DNA of 63,325 bases, filler included, from Reticulomyxa filosa (GCA_000512085.1; 24 parts of 24 records of this genome joined end to end with filler, not necessarily neighbours in it), one strand, 5' to 3'; counted from the first letter of the whole stretch, positions 38,838 to 51,011 are shown. Translations and numbers: made by a program. Notes: generated by a model from the sequence alone, not told the origin.

Positions 38838-39500
38838 TTACTTCAGCTTGCAAATCATGATGAGGAAAACAGCCATATTGACTATAACCAAAACAACAAA
38901 TAACGCAGTGGTTTGCTGAAACACCCATTCTCCAACGTACACTTGCTGATATACAGACAATCCAGTTAAAGCAATTGAAATGAGTATTCGCAAAACATGT
39001 TCAATAACAAATCCCCATCGAAAGCTGATATTTTGTGGCAGCCATTTTAAGCCAATAGAACATAGCAAATTGTAGCTACTGGAGATGGTGCCAATGGAAA
39101 AATATTTCAATGCATCTTTCCATTTGTTCGCAACTCCTGCTTTTAGCAAAACGAATCGCAACATCAGGAATTCATACAAAGAGAGCGCAACACACAAGCT
39201 CAAGAATATCTCCAAAGACCAATTTGGATAAAGCAGAACAATAACCAAGAAAGGTGTGACACGGGTATACAAATCGGACACAATGAATATGTACAAAATC
39301 AAGCAGAAAAGTAAGCCGTATCGACGAGTATTTTTTTTTTTTTTTTTTTTTTTTTCTTTGATTGGAGTTAGGCCGGTTGTAGGTTTTGTTTTCGTAGTAT
39401 TTTCGTGAGTTGTGGGTGTTGTTGAGCTGTTACTTAGACTTATTGTGGAGCCCAGCGACAACGCCGATGACGTTGTGGGGAGCGATGTTCCACTCTGCGT
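38838..39500 (-). CDS. Hypothetical multipass membrane protein
   Basis: 207-aa ORF with about four to five hydrophobic segments; exon structure unclear. Confidence 0.5.
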   Translation of the reverse strand, partial: TQSGTSLPTTSSALSLGSTISLSNSSTTPTTHENTTKTKPTTGLTPIKEKKKKKKKNTRRYGLLFCLILYIFIVSDLYTRVTPFLVIVLLYPNWSLEIFLSLCVALSLYEFLMLRFVLLKAGVANKWKDALKYFSIGTISSSYNLLCSIGLKWLPQNISFRWGFVIEHVLRILISIALTGLSVYQQVYVGEWVFQQTTALFVVLVIVNMAVFLIMICKLK

Positions 39501-39597
39501 GTTTACCTAACCATTTTCCATCAAACGTGCCCAAATAAGTGATTACACAAACAAATGAACAAAGCAAATGTAATCCAAGAAAAGCATTTTATCACAA

Positions 39598-39637
<40 letters not shown>

Positions 39638-39880
39638 NNNNNNNNNNNNNNNNNNNNNNNNNNNNNNNNNNNNNNNNNNNNTTAATTAATTAANNNNNNN
39701 NNNNNNNNNNNNNNNNNNNNNNNNNNNNNNNNNNNNNAAAAATTAGGTTCAAATCTTTATTTTTCATTGAGAAAATTGATTATCTTCATATAGTGCCATT
39801 TAGGTATGAGGGTTTTTTTTTGCAATCTACTGTAGCTTAAAAAAAAAAAGTATGTATGATGGTGCTTTAATCTATGCAAT

Positions 39881-40500
39881 ATACCATATCCATATGATCT
39901 GATTAATGACTAGTTGCAATTTAAGACTTAACACTGAGTCCTATCAACCAATCACCTGCTAACAATTACATATAGTAATACATATATATCGACATACTAT
40001 ATGTATAATGTATTCATCTTAAACTAGGGTTATACCATTGACCATCATATTCAATTTATGACATTATTGCAAGTTATCACATCGTTTGTTTATATATCAA
40101 CCATACCAAATCATATGCAATTTAAATAGAAGCTAAACACTATATTGTATCATACAATACCCTATTTGATAAATATATTATCATAAAAAAAAAAATTTAT
40201 GATGATGATTTAATACCATATCCCTATGCCCTAATTATCAACTAGTTGCAGTTTAAGGTTTAAAACAGACCACCCAACCACCAACCGACTATTACATATA
40301 TATCGCCATACTATGTAAACTTGATTTTGCACCTTAAACTGTAGTTATATTATTGACCATCATTTTCAATATATAACATTGTTATATTCATCCCTATACT
40401 GGTTTCGTTCAGCCATAACAAACTTCTAGGGAAATTTGAAACAACGAACACGCCTACTACTAGAGACTAATGTACCAATACTAGTTAATAAATATATTAT
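39881..40500. repeat. Diverged tandem duplication, ~315-330 bp period
   Basis: ATACCATATCC, ACTAGTTGCA.TTTAAG, TACATATATATCG.CATACTAT, CTTAAACT and ATTGACCATCAT.TTCAAT each occur twice in the same order. Confidence 0.85.
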
Positions 40501-40729
40501 ATCTAATGTTATATATATACTAACAAATTTTGTTCATGCATTCCACTTTTTTTTTTAAATTAAATAATCTTATTTTTTTCTAAAATTAATAATTTCAAAA
40601 TTTAATCATTTTAATCAATAAATTATATTTATCTTATATATTAATGTAGTTATCATAAAAAAAAAAAAAAGCAAAAAGAAATTATTTAAGATGGCACCTG
40701 ATTTAATTTTTTTTTGCTTTTTTCTCTTT

Positions 40730-40819
40730 TCTTTTTTTATAACGTCATTGGACAAATTTTATTTATCATTATCTTTTTTTATAACGTCATTGGACAAACT
40801 TTATTTATCATTATCTTTT
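40730..40819. repeat. 42-bp tandem repeat, 2 copies
   Basis: ATAACGTCATTGGACAAA(T/C)TTTATTTATCATTATCTTTT at 40739 and 40781. Confidence 0.9.
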
Positions 40820-40952
40820 CTGTCTATCGTGCCCATTTATGGCNNNNNNNNNNNNNNNNNNNNNNNNNNNNNNNNNNNNNNNNNNNNTTAATTAATTAAN
40901 NNNNNNNNNNNNNNNNNNNNNNNNNNNNNNNNNNNNNNNNNNNTCTTTATTA

Positions 40953-41010
<58 letters not shown>

Positions 41011-41029
41011 GTTTTTTTTTTTCCAATAG

Positions 41030-42682
41030 GAAAGGCCAATATGATTGGCAACAAAGGAGCAGCTGCAATATCCTTTCAATTCCAAGAGACAAGTTTTTGC
41101 TTTGTATCTTGCCATTTGGCGGCTCGTGCCGAAAAATATGAAAAAAGAGCCAAAGATGTATTTCGAATTGTGAAAATGCTGTCGCTTGGAAGGCCTGGGC
41201 TGGACATATTGCATCAATTTCATCATGTCATCTTTCTTGGCGATATGAATTACCGTGTCGAAAGGGAGTTTGAAAAGGTGTGCGAGTCGGTCAAAAAAGG
41301 AAAATGGAATGACATTGTTCAATATGACCAGTTAGTATTCCAGATGGAAAGAAAGCAGGTCTTTTACGGATTCAAAGAAGGTGATGTTTTTGTATTGTTC
41401 AAGAAAACCATCCCATACTTTCTATTTAAAAAATAAAAAAAAGAATTAATGCTAACGATACTTTTCATTAAACAGGCGCAATTGATTTTTCGCCGACTTA
41501 TCGATGGGAACGTCACGAAAATGTAATCAGTAACAAACGTGACCAAGCACCGAGTTATTGCGATCGGATATTGTACACCTCTTTGGATGAGACATTTGAC
41601 TTGAAACAATTTGCATACAAAAGCTCACCAAATGCCTTTGGAAGTGACCATCGACCTGTTTGGAGCGTGTTTACATTTGTCCCGAGAATGCCCTATTTCA
41701 CCAATGCAACGCATTTTCAAATTATTGGAGAAGAAAATGCCACTGAAATGCACAATAATCTCATTATCGAAAATGCTCGCATTGATTTGGTAGATTTGAA
41801 AGCCAGTTTTGCTGGAGTTCCTGGCCTGACAATCGAAGATGAATTACATGCAACATTCCATCATTACTACATTGAAAAACCAGTTTGTGTTGTTTGTTAG
41901 AAGGAGGTAAAAAAAAAAATAAAAATAATGAATGAATAGCGATAATAATAATCAAAGTGACAAACAATTCAATCATGTTATTACAAAAAATAAAAATAAA
42001 CCAGGAACGTATTGTCGGAGGAGTGTTTGAGCAACACTTCAATGCATTTTCTTGGCCAGGGATTGAATTAGAAACGCAATGTATTCTACACCCATATATA
42101 TCAGATCCGGAATACTTGTCACACACACATGTGTTTGTGGAATTTGTAAATGCTTCCAAGTCCTCACAAGTTGTTGGATACGCAACTATTTCATTGCACA
42201 ATGCGTTTCCAGTCAAATTATTGGCACGTGTCGATGAAATGAAAGAGAATCTGTCAGAGAAAAAAGTTCAACAACAAGAAAAACCTTCGGACGATACACC
42301 ATCGCATAAAACAGAGGAGAATGACAATGAACCTGATGATCATACTAGTGAACAGACCGAGAAAAGAAAAGAAAAGATAATACAAAAGAGAATCCAAGAG
42401 CAACAATTAATTGACAAAAGTAAACAAAAAGTTAATAATGACCCGGCTGTGGTTCAACAAAAGAAAGTTGTAGATATGAGTCGAGTTAAACGAGATGCCA
42501 ATGCGCCAAAGAACTTTGAGGTGCCGATATTATTATACGGAAAGCTCGTTGGCGGGGTACGTTTTATCGACATATATAATTGCTTTTAATTATTCTAAAA
42601 TCCATACTCTGAAAAATACACTTTGAAATAGCTTCGTGGATTTGTATACGGAGACGCTGAAATCAGCAAGGTCGAGACGTAA
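41030..42682 (+). CDS. Inositol polyphosphate 5-phosphatase, SHIP-like, with a following C2-like region; 5'-partial
   Basis: GNKGAAAISF, CHLAA, FLGDMNYRV, YDQL, FSPTYR, PSYCDRILY, SDHRPV; multi-exon. Confidence 0.95.
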
Positions 42683-43064
42683 ATTTGTTGAAATCGAATA
42701 ACATGCATCTTGTCCTGGTTGTTTTATTTGTCCTTTTTTTGGGTAGTGATTTTATAAAAAATGATTTGTTGGGTTCTGTGTAATGAAGCTTTTTTTTTCT
42801 CCAATCCTTATGTACTTCACAATTTGCAATATTATTGAAGTAGTTAACACTTGTCATTCTTTTGTAAATGAACTGGATAAAGATATTAATTGAAAAAACT
42901 TGTATGAAAAATTGGACTATTCTGAAAATTTAACATTTAAGAAGCAAACAGACCGGGATTTGTAAAATGTACATTTTTTATTTGCTGAGGATTGACTTTT
43001 TTCATTTATTTTACAAACAACAAGCTTTTATCTAAATTATTTACAAATAAATTCATACATATAA

Positions 43065-44585
43065 TCAAAACAAATGGAATTTTGATTTTCCCAGTACTTG
43101 CAACTTTTCATGCAACACTGTGACGTCTACTCGTAATGTCCATACCTGTGCAAAGTGGAAAAAATTTTAAGTAAAATGAGAGCGGTGTATTTCAAAATAA
43201 ATAAATTGTTAGTAGACAGACATCTCTTTGTAGTTCTAGTAAATCCAATGTTTGATTTGCCAAGGAATATCCAATGTCATCAAATCTTTGTTCCAATTCA
43301 CTTACAAGTTGTTGACTAGAGAGAAATTCCTGATGCTTTTGAATTTCTGTGTTGCGCATTAGTTCTTGTACTATCTTAAAGCTTTTTTTTGTTTCAGACA
43401 AAGTGAATTCTACCGTTTGAAGTAATGCTTTGTCCTCAAATCCTACTCCTCGTAATTTATTTCTGTAAGTTTTATCAGTTAAAACAATTTTAAAAACTGC
43501 AAAAAAAAAAAAAGAAAGAGAAAACTCTTCAGCACGATAGTTCGGTTTGGTTATATCAACATAATCTACATTTACAAGAATTTGCACAACTTTGCCCAGC
43601 TTTCCTATCCTAATATACATTTTGCACGTTAAAAAAAAACTATGTACCGTTTTTTCAAAAACCTATGAGAAGAGCAACAGGATTAGGGAAAAAAGTAACT
43701 GGTTGGCTTTGATTAGTCCACGCAATCCTTTGACCCACAATTTGGCTTCTTCGTGTGATTTGGCAACCAAATCCAAGGTTTTCATTTTAGTACCATAAAC
43801 AATTGAAAACGAAGCCTTTTCTAAAGAAGCTTGTGTACACTGTTTAAACACTTCCGTTTGCTGTCCTTCAAGTATGTGCTTCATGTCTGCTATTACTATG
43901 CTAGTTTCGCCAATGTTTTTTTTGTGTGAGAACCAGAGTAATTTGGACAAGTCGTTAGATAATTGGAATCGACGAAAGTGTGGAAATCCGTGTCTTCCGT
44001 ACTTTAGCTGTGCATTGCATTTTACGCATGCAAAAAAAAAAAAAAGTGATAAAACATACAAGAGACCCATAAAGATAGGAAAAAGTAAGAGAACAATGCG
44101 ATACAAGTTTTACATTGTCCGCAAAATCGTGTGTAAAATAAATATGTTGTAGCAATAAAAGTACATTTTGAAAAAGAAAAAAAAAAAGGAAAGGGAAAAC
44201 AAACCATAGCAGTGCCTCGTTTCATTTCAGCAATAGCATCGATTTTTTTCACTTGTTTTTTCTTCTTAGCTTTTGCTTTGCCGCCTTGCTTTTTGTTGTG
44301 TTTTTTTTTGCTTTGCTTTGGACTTAGACTTTGGCTGTCACTTTGGCTTTGAGTTTGCGTCTGTGTCTCCGTTCGAGTTTGGCTTTCAGCTTCCACTTTG
44401 TCATCTTCTTCGAAGCTGTCATTGCTGCGAGACACCTTAGATGACTCAGTCTCTTCGGCAGGTTCCACCAACAGGTCGTTGTTGTTGCTTTGTGATACTT
44501 CTTTTTTATGGTGCGTCTCTCTTTCGGTCAGTATACTTTGCACTTTTGCAATGGGTGTTTCCAAAACTGGATCTCCGCCATCTTA
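43065..44585 (-). CDS. PLC/Mcp5-type PH-domain protein with a C-terminal coiled coil; 5'-partial
   Basis: MKRGTAM | LKYGRHGFPHFRRFQLSNDLSKLLW..GQQTEVFK..SFSIVY..TLDLVA..EAKLWVKGLRGL. Confidence 0.88.
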
Positions 44586-45066
44586 TACATATACACATAT
44601 ATAATTTTTTTTTTTTTTTTTTTTTTTTNNNNNNNNNNNNNNNNNNNNNNNNNNNNNNNNNNNNNNNNNNNNTTAATTAATTAANNNNNNNNNNNNNNNN
44701 NNNNNNNNNNNNNNNNNNNNNNNNNNNNAGACTTACGCTGAAACAAATAATATATAATTAGAACATTGGAGTAACAAATGGAAAGCGTCATTATCCAAAG
44801 ATAGTAGCTTTTATTTTCTTTTTCATAAATTAAACAACTTGTGTTGGACGTTTCACTTTAATCATTGTAGTATCGATCCGTGAAGTAGGGATGCACTAGT
44901 TTCTTTTTAAAGTATTTCTGACATTTTTCTTAGATATTCGTTCTTCAATTAGAAATTCATCAGTTTTTTGCTTTGAAATTTGTGTAGTGGTAACACAAAA
45001 AAATATAACATCACTTATAATGATCAAAAATTAATTTGCACCATTTGAAGAGTAATTTTTTTTGAG

Positions 45067-46885
45067 TCAAGACCAAAGTGCCGAATCCAAGACCATATCC
45101 GGGAAAAAAAAATTGTCTTGAAATTTTTCCAGAAATACAAACAACATTTGATTGCATCTCGCATAATAATTAGACATTTTATGGATTAAATTTGCGTGTG
45201 ATGTCAATATTTGTTGAAGTGGACGTGGTTTAAATTTTGTGTTAAATGTTTGTTGTGATGTTAAACGATCCATCCCAATCCATTCCCTTATGTTGTTAGC
45301 TGTTGCAAACCACTTTTGTGTCATAACTTCAAAGGGAATAATTTTGAATAGCCCATTTTGGATAAAGTCTTTGCCATGTGCCCTTGTGTGCTGCAATAGC
45401 TGTGGATAGTAGCACCCTCGAAGAAATGTAGTCTGCTCATCAAACACAGACTCGCTTCTCCAATTCAATAGATTAAATGTCCGTTTGTACTGTCTCATTA
45501 CATTGTCTTCCGTCATACTTATCTCATGCTCTTCTTTGTGTGATGATGTCTCATATGTATACTCTTTCTCAAGCAGCTGTTTTCAATCACAAAACAAAAT
45601 AAAACCAAAAGTCATATTGCTATTGTCGTTATTGAACTTGATAACTTGATACAATACTGCAAGCTCTTTCCAGTACGGTTGGTGCTTTGAATACTTCGTT
45701 GTGACCATTTCAGTGTTGTCGTTGTAGATATTAGATTGGCCAACTAAATTCGATGATTGGTTTGTCACTCCTTGAATATGCTCTTCTATGATATTAATTA
45801 CATGGATCAGACATGGATATAGATCCGAATGATTTGTTGTGAGATTTGAGACTTTTTGTTTAATGATCAGTGGACTGCGAAGTTTTGATGAAAGTGTACT
45901 GCTAGATTGTGAATTGTGGTGAAGACAAGACATCCAAATGTCACTCCACAAACGATAGACTGGATTGCGCAAAATGACAAAAATTTTCAAGTGCGCATGT
46001 TGCTCGCTTTGTAAATGGATGGAGGAAAAATACTTTGTATACGTACCCAACAACTCTGTGGCTGAAGGAACCAATAAATACCCAGGCGTTTTTTCAACAA
46101 GGTAAAAAGAGAGATTTTGTCCTTTTTCGTTTGTTTGTATACTGATACTTTGCTGATATTCCTTCCAGTTTTTCATGTGAGTTTGCCACAAAAGTACGTA
46201 TTCCTTCCAAGAACAATATTGCGCATCTGCAACACAATTTTTTTTTTTTTTTTTGAAGAGTTGCTAAGTTTATTATGTTGAGTATTTTGACAAGCGCAAA
46301 AAAAAAAAATTATTATTTTGTTTGTTTGTTTTGAAGTGATACTCTCAAGTTGTACTTTGCTGTCGCTAGCAATTTGTCTGTTTTACTTTGATTCGGATTG
46401 GAAATGTTTCGATTGCATCTTTGATCGTCCCAATATCGGAATTCGTCTGTACTTACAATCAACTCTTTTGGATAAGTTGTTTTCTTGGTTGCTTTCAATA
46501 ATTTGACAAGGGCTGTACTACCACACTTTTGGCACCCCAAACCGATCACAACACCTTTTGGAGGGTTATGGTTGTACCACTCATTCAACACACATTGATA
46601 CTCGTCTTGGCCGTAACCCAGCAATGGGTCTGTCCATGGTTGTGCAGCATTCCTCACAAGTTTTGACAGGCATTTTGCATTAATTTTTTGCTCATCCCTC
46701 GTTTGTTGGCTCTCGACGTCTGCCCTTCTCGTTGCTTCCACCCGAAGAAGAAGCCAAAGACAGGTCAGTACCGTCATGCTTGCCAAGGCCAAGAGGAGGC
46801 ATGGTTTGGGAATAGTCAAAAATCTTGCAAAGTTATTCACAATTTGTACAGGGGTGTTGACGCAAACAATTACATTTCGTGCCAT
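45067..46885 (-). CDS. Golgi-type sulfotransferase (heparan-sulfate 3-O/NDST-like sulfotransferase domain)
   Basis: N-terminal signal anchor, 5'-PSB motif GCQKCGSTAL, EKTPGY, 3'-PB motif ILRNPVYRLWS, RGCYYPQL; intron at ~46227-46343. Confidence 0.88.
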
Positions 46886-47088
46886 ACTGCGCTTCCCTTA
46901 GTTAAGAGTTTTTTCCAGTGTGTCTTTTGCTCGGTGAACAACCAGTGTTAAATCTACTTTCTACTAAAAGGCAGACGCAGTGTAATAAGGTATACTATAA
47001 AGAATGGATTGCTAATTTCCCTCTTATTTTTGATAATCTATGTTTAAAAACCGACTGTGTGTTTTTTGTTGTAAAAAAAAGGTGTGAA

Positions 47089-47732
47089 ATGGGTAATACT
47101 TCTGCTCATGCGCCAACATCCTCGACATCAAATGTCTTATCTGATTCTCGTCCTTTACCTCATGGGGCAAAGTTGATGTCGACAGCATTGACAGATATGT
47201 TCAAAACAAATAGATTTGACCGGCAAACTTACAACAGTTAATGTCCTTCAAACTTGTCTGCTTTGGAGTGTCCGAGTTGATGCACTAATTTTAAAAAAAA
47301 ACAAAAAATACGAATGATCTATATACAAACACATTAGTGAAAGTGATAATTCGTGGAGATCGACAAACGGGCAAATCAGGTGTGGAAAAAAAAAAGGGGG
47401 GGGTGACAACAACCGACAATGGACACATCGGAACAAAAAAAAACTGTGTGTTGGAAAAATGACAAAGCACTGTTGCATCGACTGGAAGGTGGAAAGTTTA
47501 AATCGGAACACATACCAACGCCACAAATCCAAACGGCCCATGTGCCATGGACATATAAAACAACGGAAGAAATGGTGAAATTGGAAATCTGGGACGTCGT
47601 TGACAAGGCCATTGTTCCCGAGTTTACAGATGATTCACAAACAACTACATCGCACATTTCCGCTAGATGCTTGCCTGCAGATGCTTCCTCTGTTGATGTT
47701 TACAAAGGTTATATGATAAATAAATAAATAAA

Positions 47733-47787
<55 letters not shown>

Positions 47788-48024
47788 GTATTTATTTATT
47801 TTGTATTTATGTGCCTAGTTATTTCTATTGTGTGATCGGCTTGTATCTACATAACATACGTACAAATTAATATGCGATGCCATTTCGTCTTGGTCACAGG
47901 AGTAAACGCAGCCATCTTTACTATCGATCCGACTCAAAAATGGACTCTTGACTACGTTAAAGAGCGAATTTGCGGGATTCCGGTTGGAACCGAAAGGGTT
48001 TGAATTCCGGGTTTTTAAAAACCC
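47089..48024 (+). CDS. RABL6: Rab-like protein 6 (RBEL1/PARF) homologue, 5' part
   Basis: KVIIRGDRQTGKSALLHRLEG..HIPTPQIQTAHVPWTYKTTEEMVKLEIWDVVDKA..DASSVDVYKG..DPTQKWTLDYV closely follows the RABL6 signature; three introns. Confidence 0.9.
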
Positions 48025-48254
48025 NNNNNNNNNNNNNNNNNNNNNNNNNNNNNNNNNNNNNNNNNNNNTTAATTAATTAANNNNNNNNNNNNNNNNNNNN
48101 NNNNNNNNNNNNNNNNNNNNNNNNATAGAATGAAGAGAGAAGGTATTTAATTATTGCGAGTTACAAGCTCTTTTTTTTTTAATTGGTATCAATGAATCAA
48201 AAAAAAAATAAAAAAAAAAAAAAAAGAATAATAAAATAAGAATAGTAAGTTGCA

Positions 48255-49305
48255 TTACAAACGGGACCTTGTACCTCCAGCAATGGCAATAGTTTCCCCG
48301 GTGATATAAGCAGCATCCTCACTGCAAAGGAAAGCGACAACACCTGCGCAATCTTCAGGCGTTCCGAGTCTATTCAGCGACGTGCGTGAGACCATGAGAT
48401 CTCTGGCAATCTTGTTGGAGACCAAGGCATCACTAAATTTGGTAGGGATCAATCTATTTCATTTTTTTTTTTTTTTTTTTTTTGTATTGTTGATAATTTC
48501 AAACAAACAAACAAATAAATAAATAAATAAATAAAAATAAAGTTAAAAAAAAACTACCCTGGGGCAATGCAATTGACACGAATGCCATCCCTTCCCAATT
48601 CTTTGCTGAGTCCATGTGTAAGTCCCAACAGCGCAGTTTTGGACGCATTGTAGATTCCAAGTGTTGGCTCACTTTCATATGCGCCAATGCTCGAAACCAA
48701 CACCACCGAGCCTTTCACTTTTTTCAAATGGGGGTGAGCTTTTTGAACTAAGAAAAAGGACCCTTTCACGTTCACTTCAAAAATTTTACCTTTTTTTTTT
48801 TTTTTTTTTATGTTTATTTATTTATTATTACAAAAATACAAAATTACCAAAAAAAAAAAAAAAAAATATACCCATTGCTTTTCGGTCGCAGACATCATAC
48901 TGCCAAAATGGACATTCGAAGCGGCATTGACAACTACAATGTCAAGACGACCACACTTGCTAATGACAAAGTCAATCAGCTTTTGCACATCTGCGACGCT
49001 GCCTTGATGGCTGGCCATGCCAACTGCCTTTCTGCCTTTGCTTGTCAGCTCTTTCACCTCCTTTTCCACTGACTCGGCCTTTCGTGAGGTTATCACCACT
49101 GTCGCACCTTCTTCCGCCAACCGGTGTGCAATCGCCTTCACTCAGTCGTTTTTGTTGTTTTTTTATATTAGGTCGCAACACAAGCGGGGTTGCTTCGTGT
49201 AAAAATAGCAGTTAGTAGCAAGGCAAAGCTGAAGAGGCTAACTTTTCCAATGCCAGCAGTGGATCCAGTGACAACAGCAACTTTGCCAGCAAATCTTGAA
49301 CTCAT
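48255..49305 (-). CDS. Peroxisomal short-chain dehydrogenase/reductase, DHRS4-like (4 exons)
   Basis: [24 protein letters not shown] (YxxxK), [35 protein letters not shown] and a C-terminal SRL (PTS1). Confidence 0.93.
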
Positions 49306-50114
49306 TTTATTATTATTATTATTATTTTTTTTTTTTTTTTTTAAGGGGTGTTTTAAAGCAAAATGGAACTTTACTGGTCTTGGTACACTGTTTTGTAGGT
49401 TAAACATGTCAAAAGGAAAAAATTGCTCAAGTAAGTAAAATAATTCATCTGCACTTAATAATAAATCTCGTTGGTAGAATGCAAATACGTTGGACCTTTG
49501 GTCATAATTTTTGTTCCTTTAATCGTGTTAGGCACTCAAAAAAGTTACAAAATAAGAATAACATTGCAACATTAAAAATTGCTAAAGTGGTGTAGAGAAA
49601 CTAGAGTGGGAAAGTAAGTTTTAAAAAAAGTGAAAATAATTTTGTTGGATTAAATTAAAAAGAAAGATAAAGTCATTACGACGTAGTACTAACACTACGG
49701 TAGATTTCCTTAAATGTGGCAAAATATTTTTTTCGTCATCAACACACTTGTGTATTGTAGTTTATTTTCAAAACTTTCAAAAGTTTTGATTTTTCATTTA
49801 ATTCTGAGATGGTCATTTGCTCGACGCATTACATTTTCTGGAGTTGCGTCGGTTTAAAATTGCAAATGACTCGGAACACTAGGCTGGAAAGAGATAGTTT
49901 AGCCTCGAAGAAAAACGACTTACGAGGCTAGAACGCACACTCAGACTGTTTTTTTGGAAAAAAGCGACAACCTAAATTTTTCGTTCGTTTCTTTTGGAAA
50001 TGTTTGAATATAAGTGATTAAGCATTTTTTTGGACTTGTTTTTTTTTTGAAAAAAATACTTATCTCTGTCTTTTTCTCTCAGTTTTGTTCTAATTGTTTT
50101 GAAGTAAGAATAAA

Positions 50115-50690
50115 ATGAATGAAAAAATACGTAAAGTGTCTGCAAGTTTTCGAGAAAAGCTTGAGCAAATAAAAAAAGGTTGGGTTTTTTTTTTTAATTA
50201 TTATGAAAAAAAAGCAACCCCACAAATCATGCATACAATGACAGGAGAGAAAAAAAAAACAGATCCGACAGTGAACATTCGTTTGCGTAGTGACAGCGAC
50301 AAGTTAATGCACAGCTACCCAATACGTTGTGAAGGACATCCAACGAATGGGAATGCGAAGGGGGAATTCAAATGGTATCGAATGAGCAACACGAAGGACG
50401 TGGACCCGGGGAACAACTTCCAAGTGCTAGTGTCGACACAAATTCCAGTGTTTCATCCCACAATCGAAGATAGCAACAGTGAGATTGCCTGTCAATGGGT
50501 GCCTGACAGCAACTCCGTTGTGTCTCACCAACCATCCAACTTTGCACGTATCGGTCCACTCACCAAAGATCCCACCATATTAACTGACGCACAGACCATG
50601 CTCGACACAAACACCGCCAACTTCCACATCGACATGTCTAATTCAGGCGTTGATCCAATGTCCAAGCTTCTCAAGTTTTTTTTTTGTTTT
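50115..50690 (+). CDS. AIR9/SCAB-type Ig-like domain protein, 5' part
   Basis: FKWYR..VFHPTIEDSNSEIACQW..FARIGPLTKDP resembles the WYR..Y.P..ED.G motif of A9/SCAB Ig domains; intron at ~50179-50262. Confidence 0.5.
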
Positions 50691-51011
50691 TAACATGCGA
50701 AAAACAAAAAAACCCCTTTTTTTTTAAAAAAAAAAATTATTAAAATTATAAAAATTTTTTTCAAAGAAAATTGATTGTGTCTTATTGAAACTAAAAAGTG
50801 GACAATTTTTTTTTTTAATTAAAAAAGGGGGGGGGGGGGGTGGGGTGGAAAAGTTGAACCACATTAATAATAGAGTAGACGTAATTTTTTTTTTTTTGTT
50901 AGGCACACTAGNNNNNNNNNNNNNNNNNNNNNNNNNNNNNNNNNNNNNNNNNNNNTTAATTAATTAANNNNNNNNNNNNNNNNNNNNNNNNNNNNNNNNN
51001 NNNNNNNNNNN

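Noticed and set aside
48785-48875. Non-canonical splice junction in the DHRS4-like gene
   Set aside because: The GT-AG junction is one G short in a G-run; a sequencing error is the simpler explanation.
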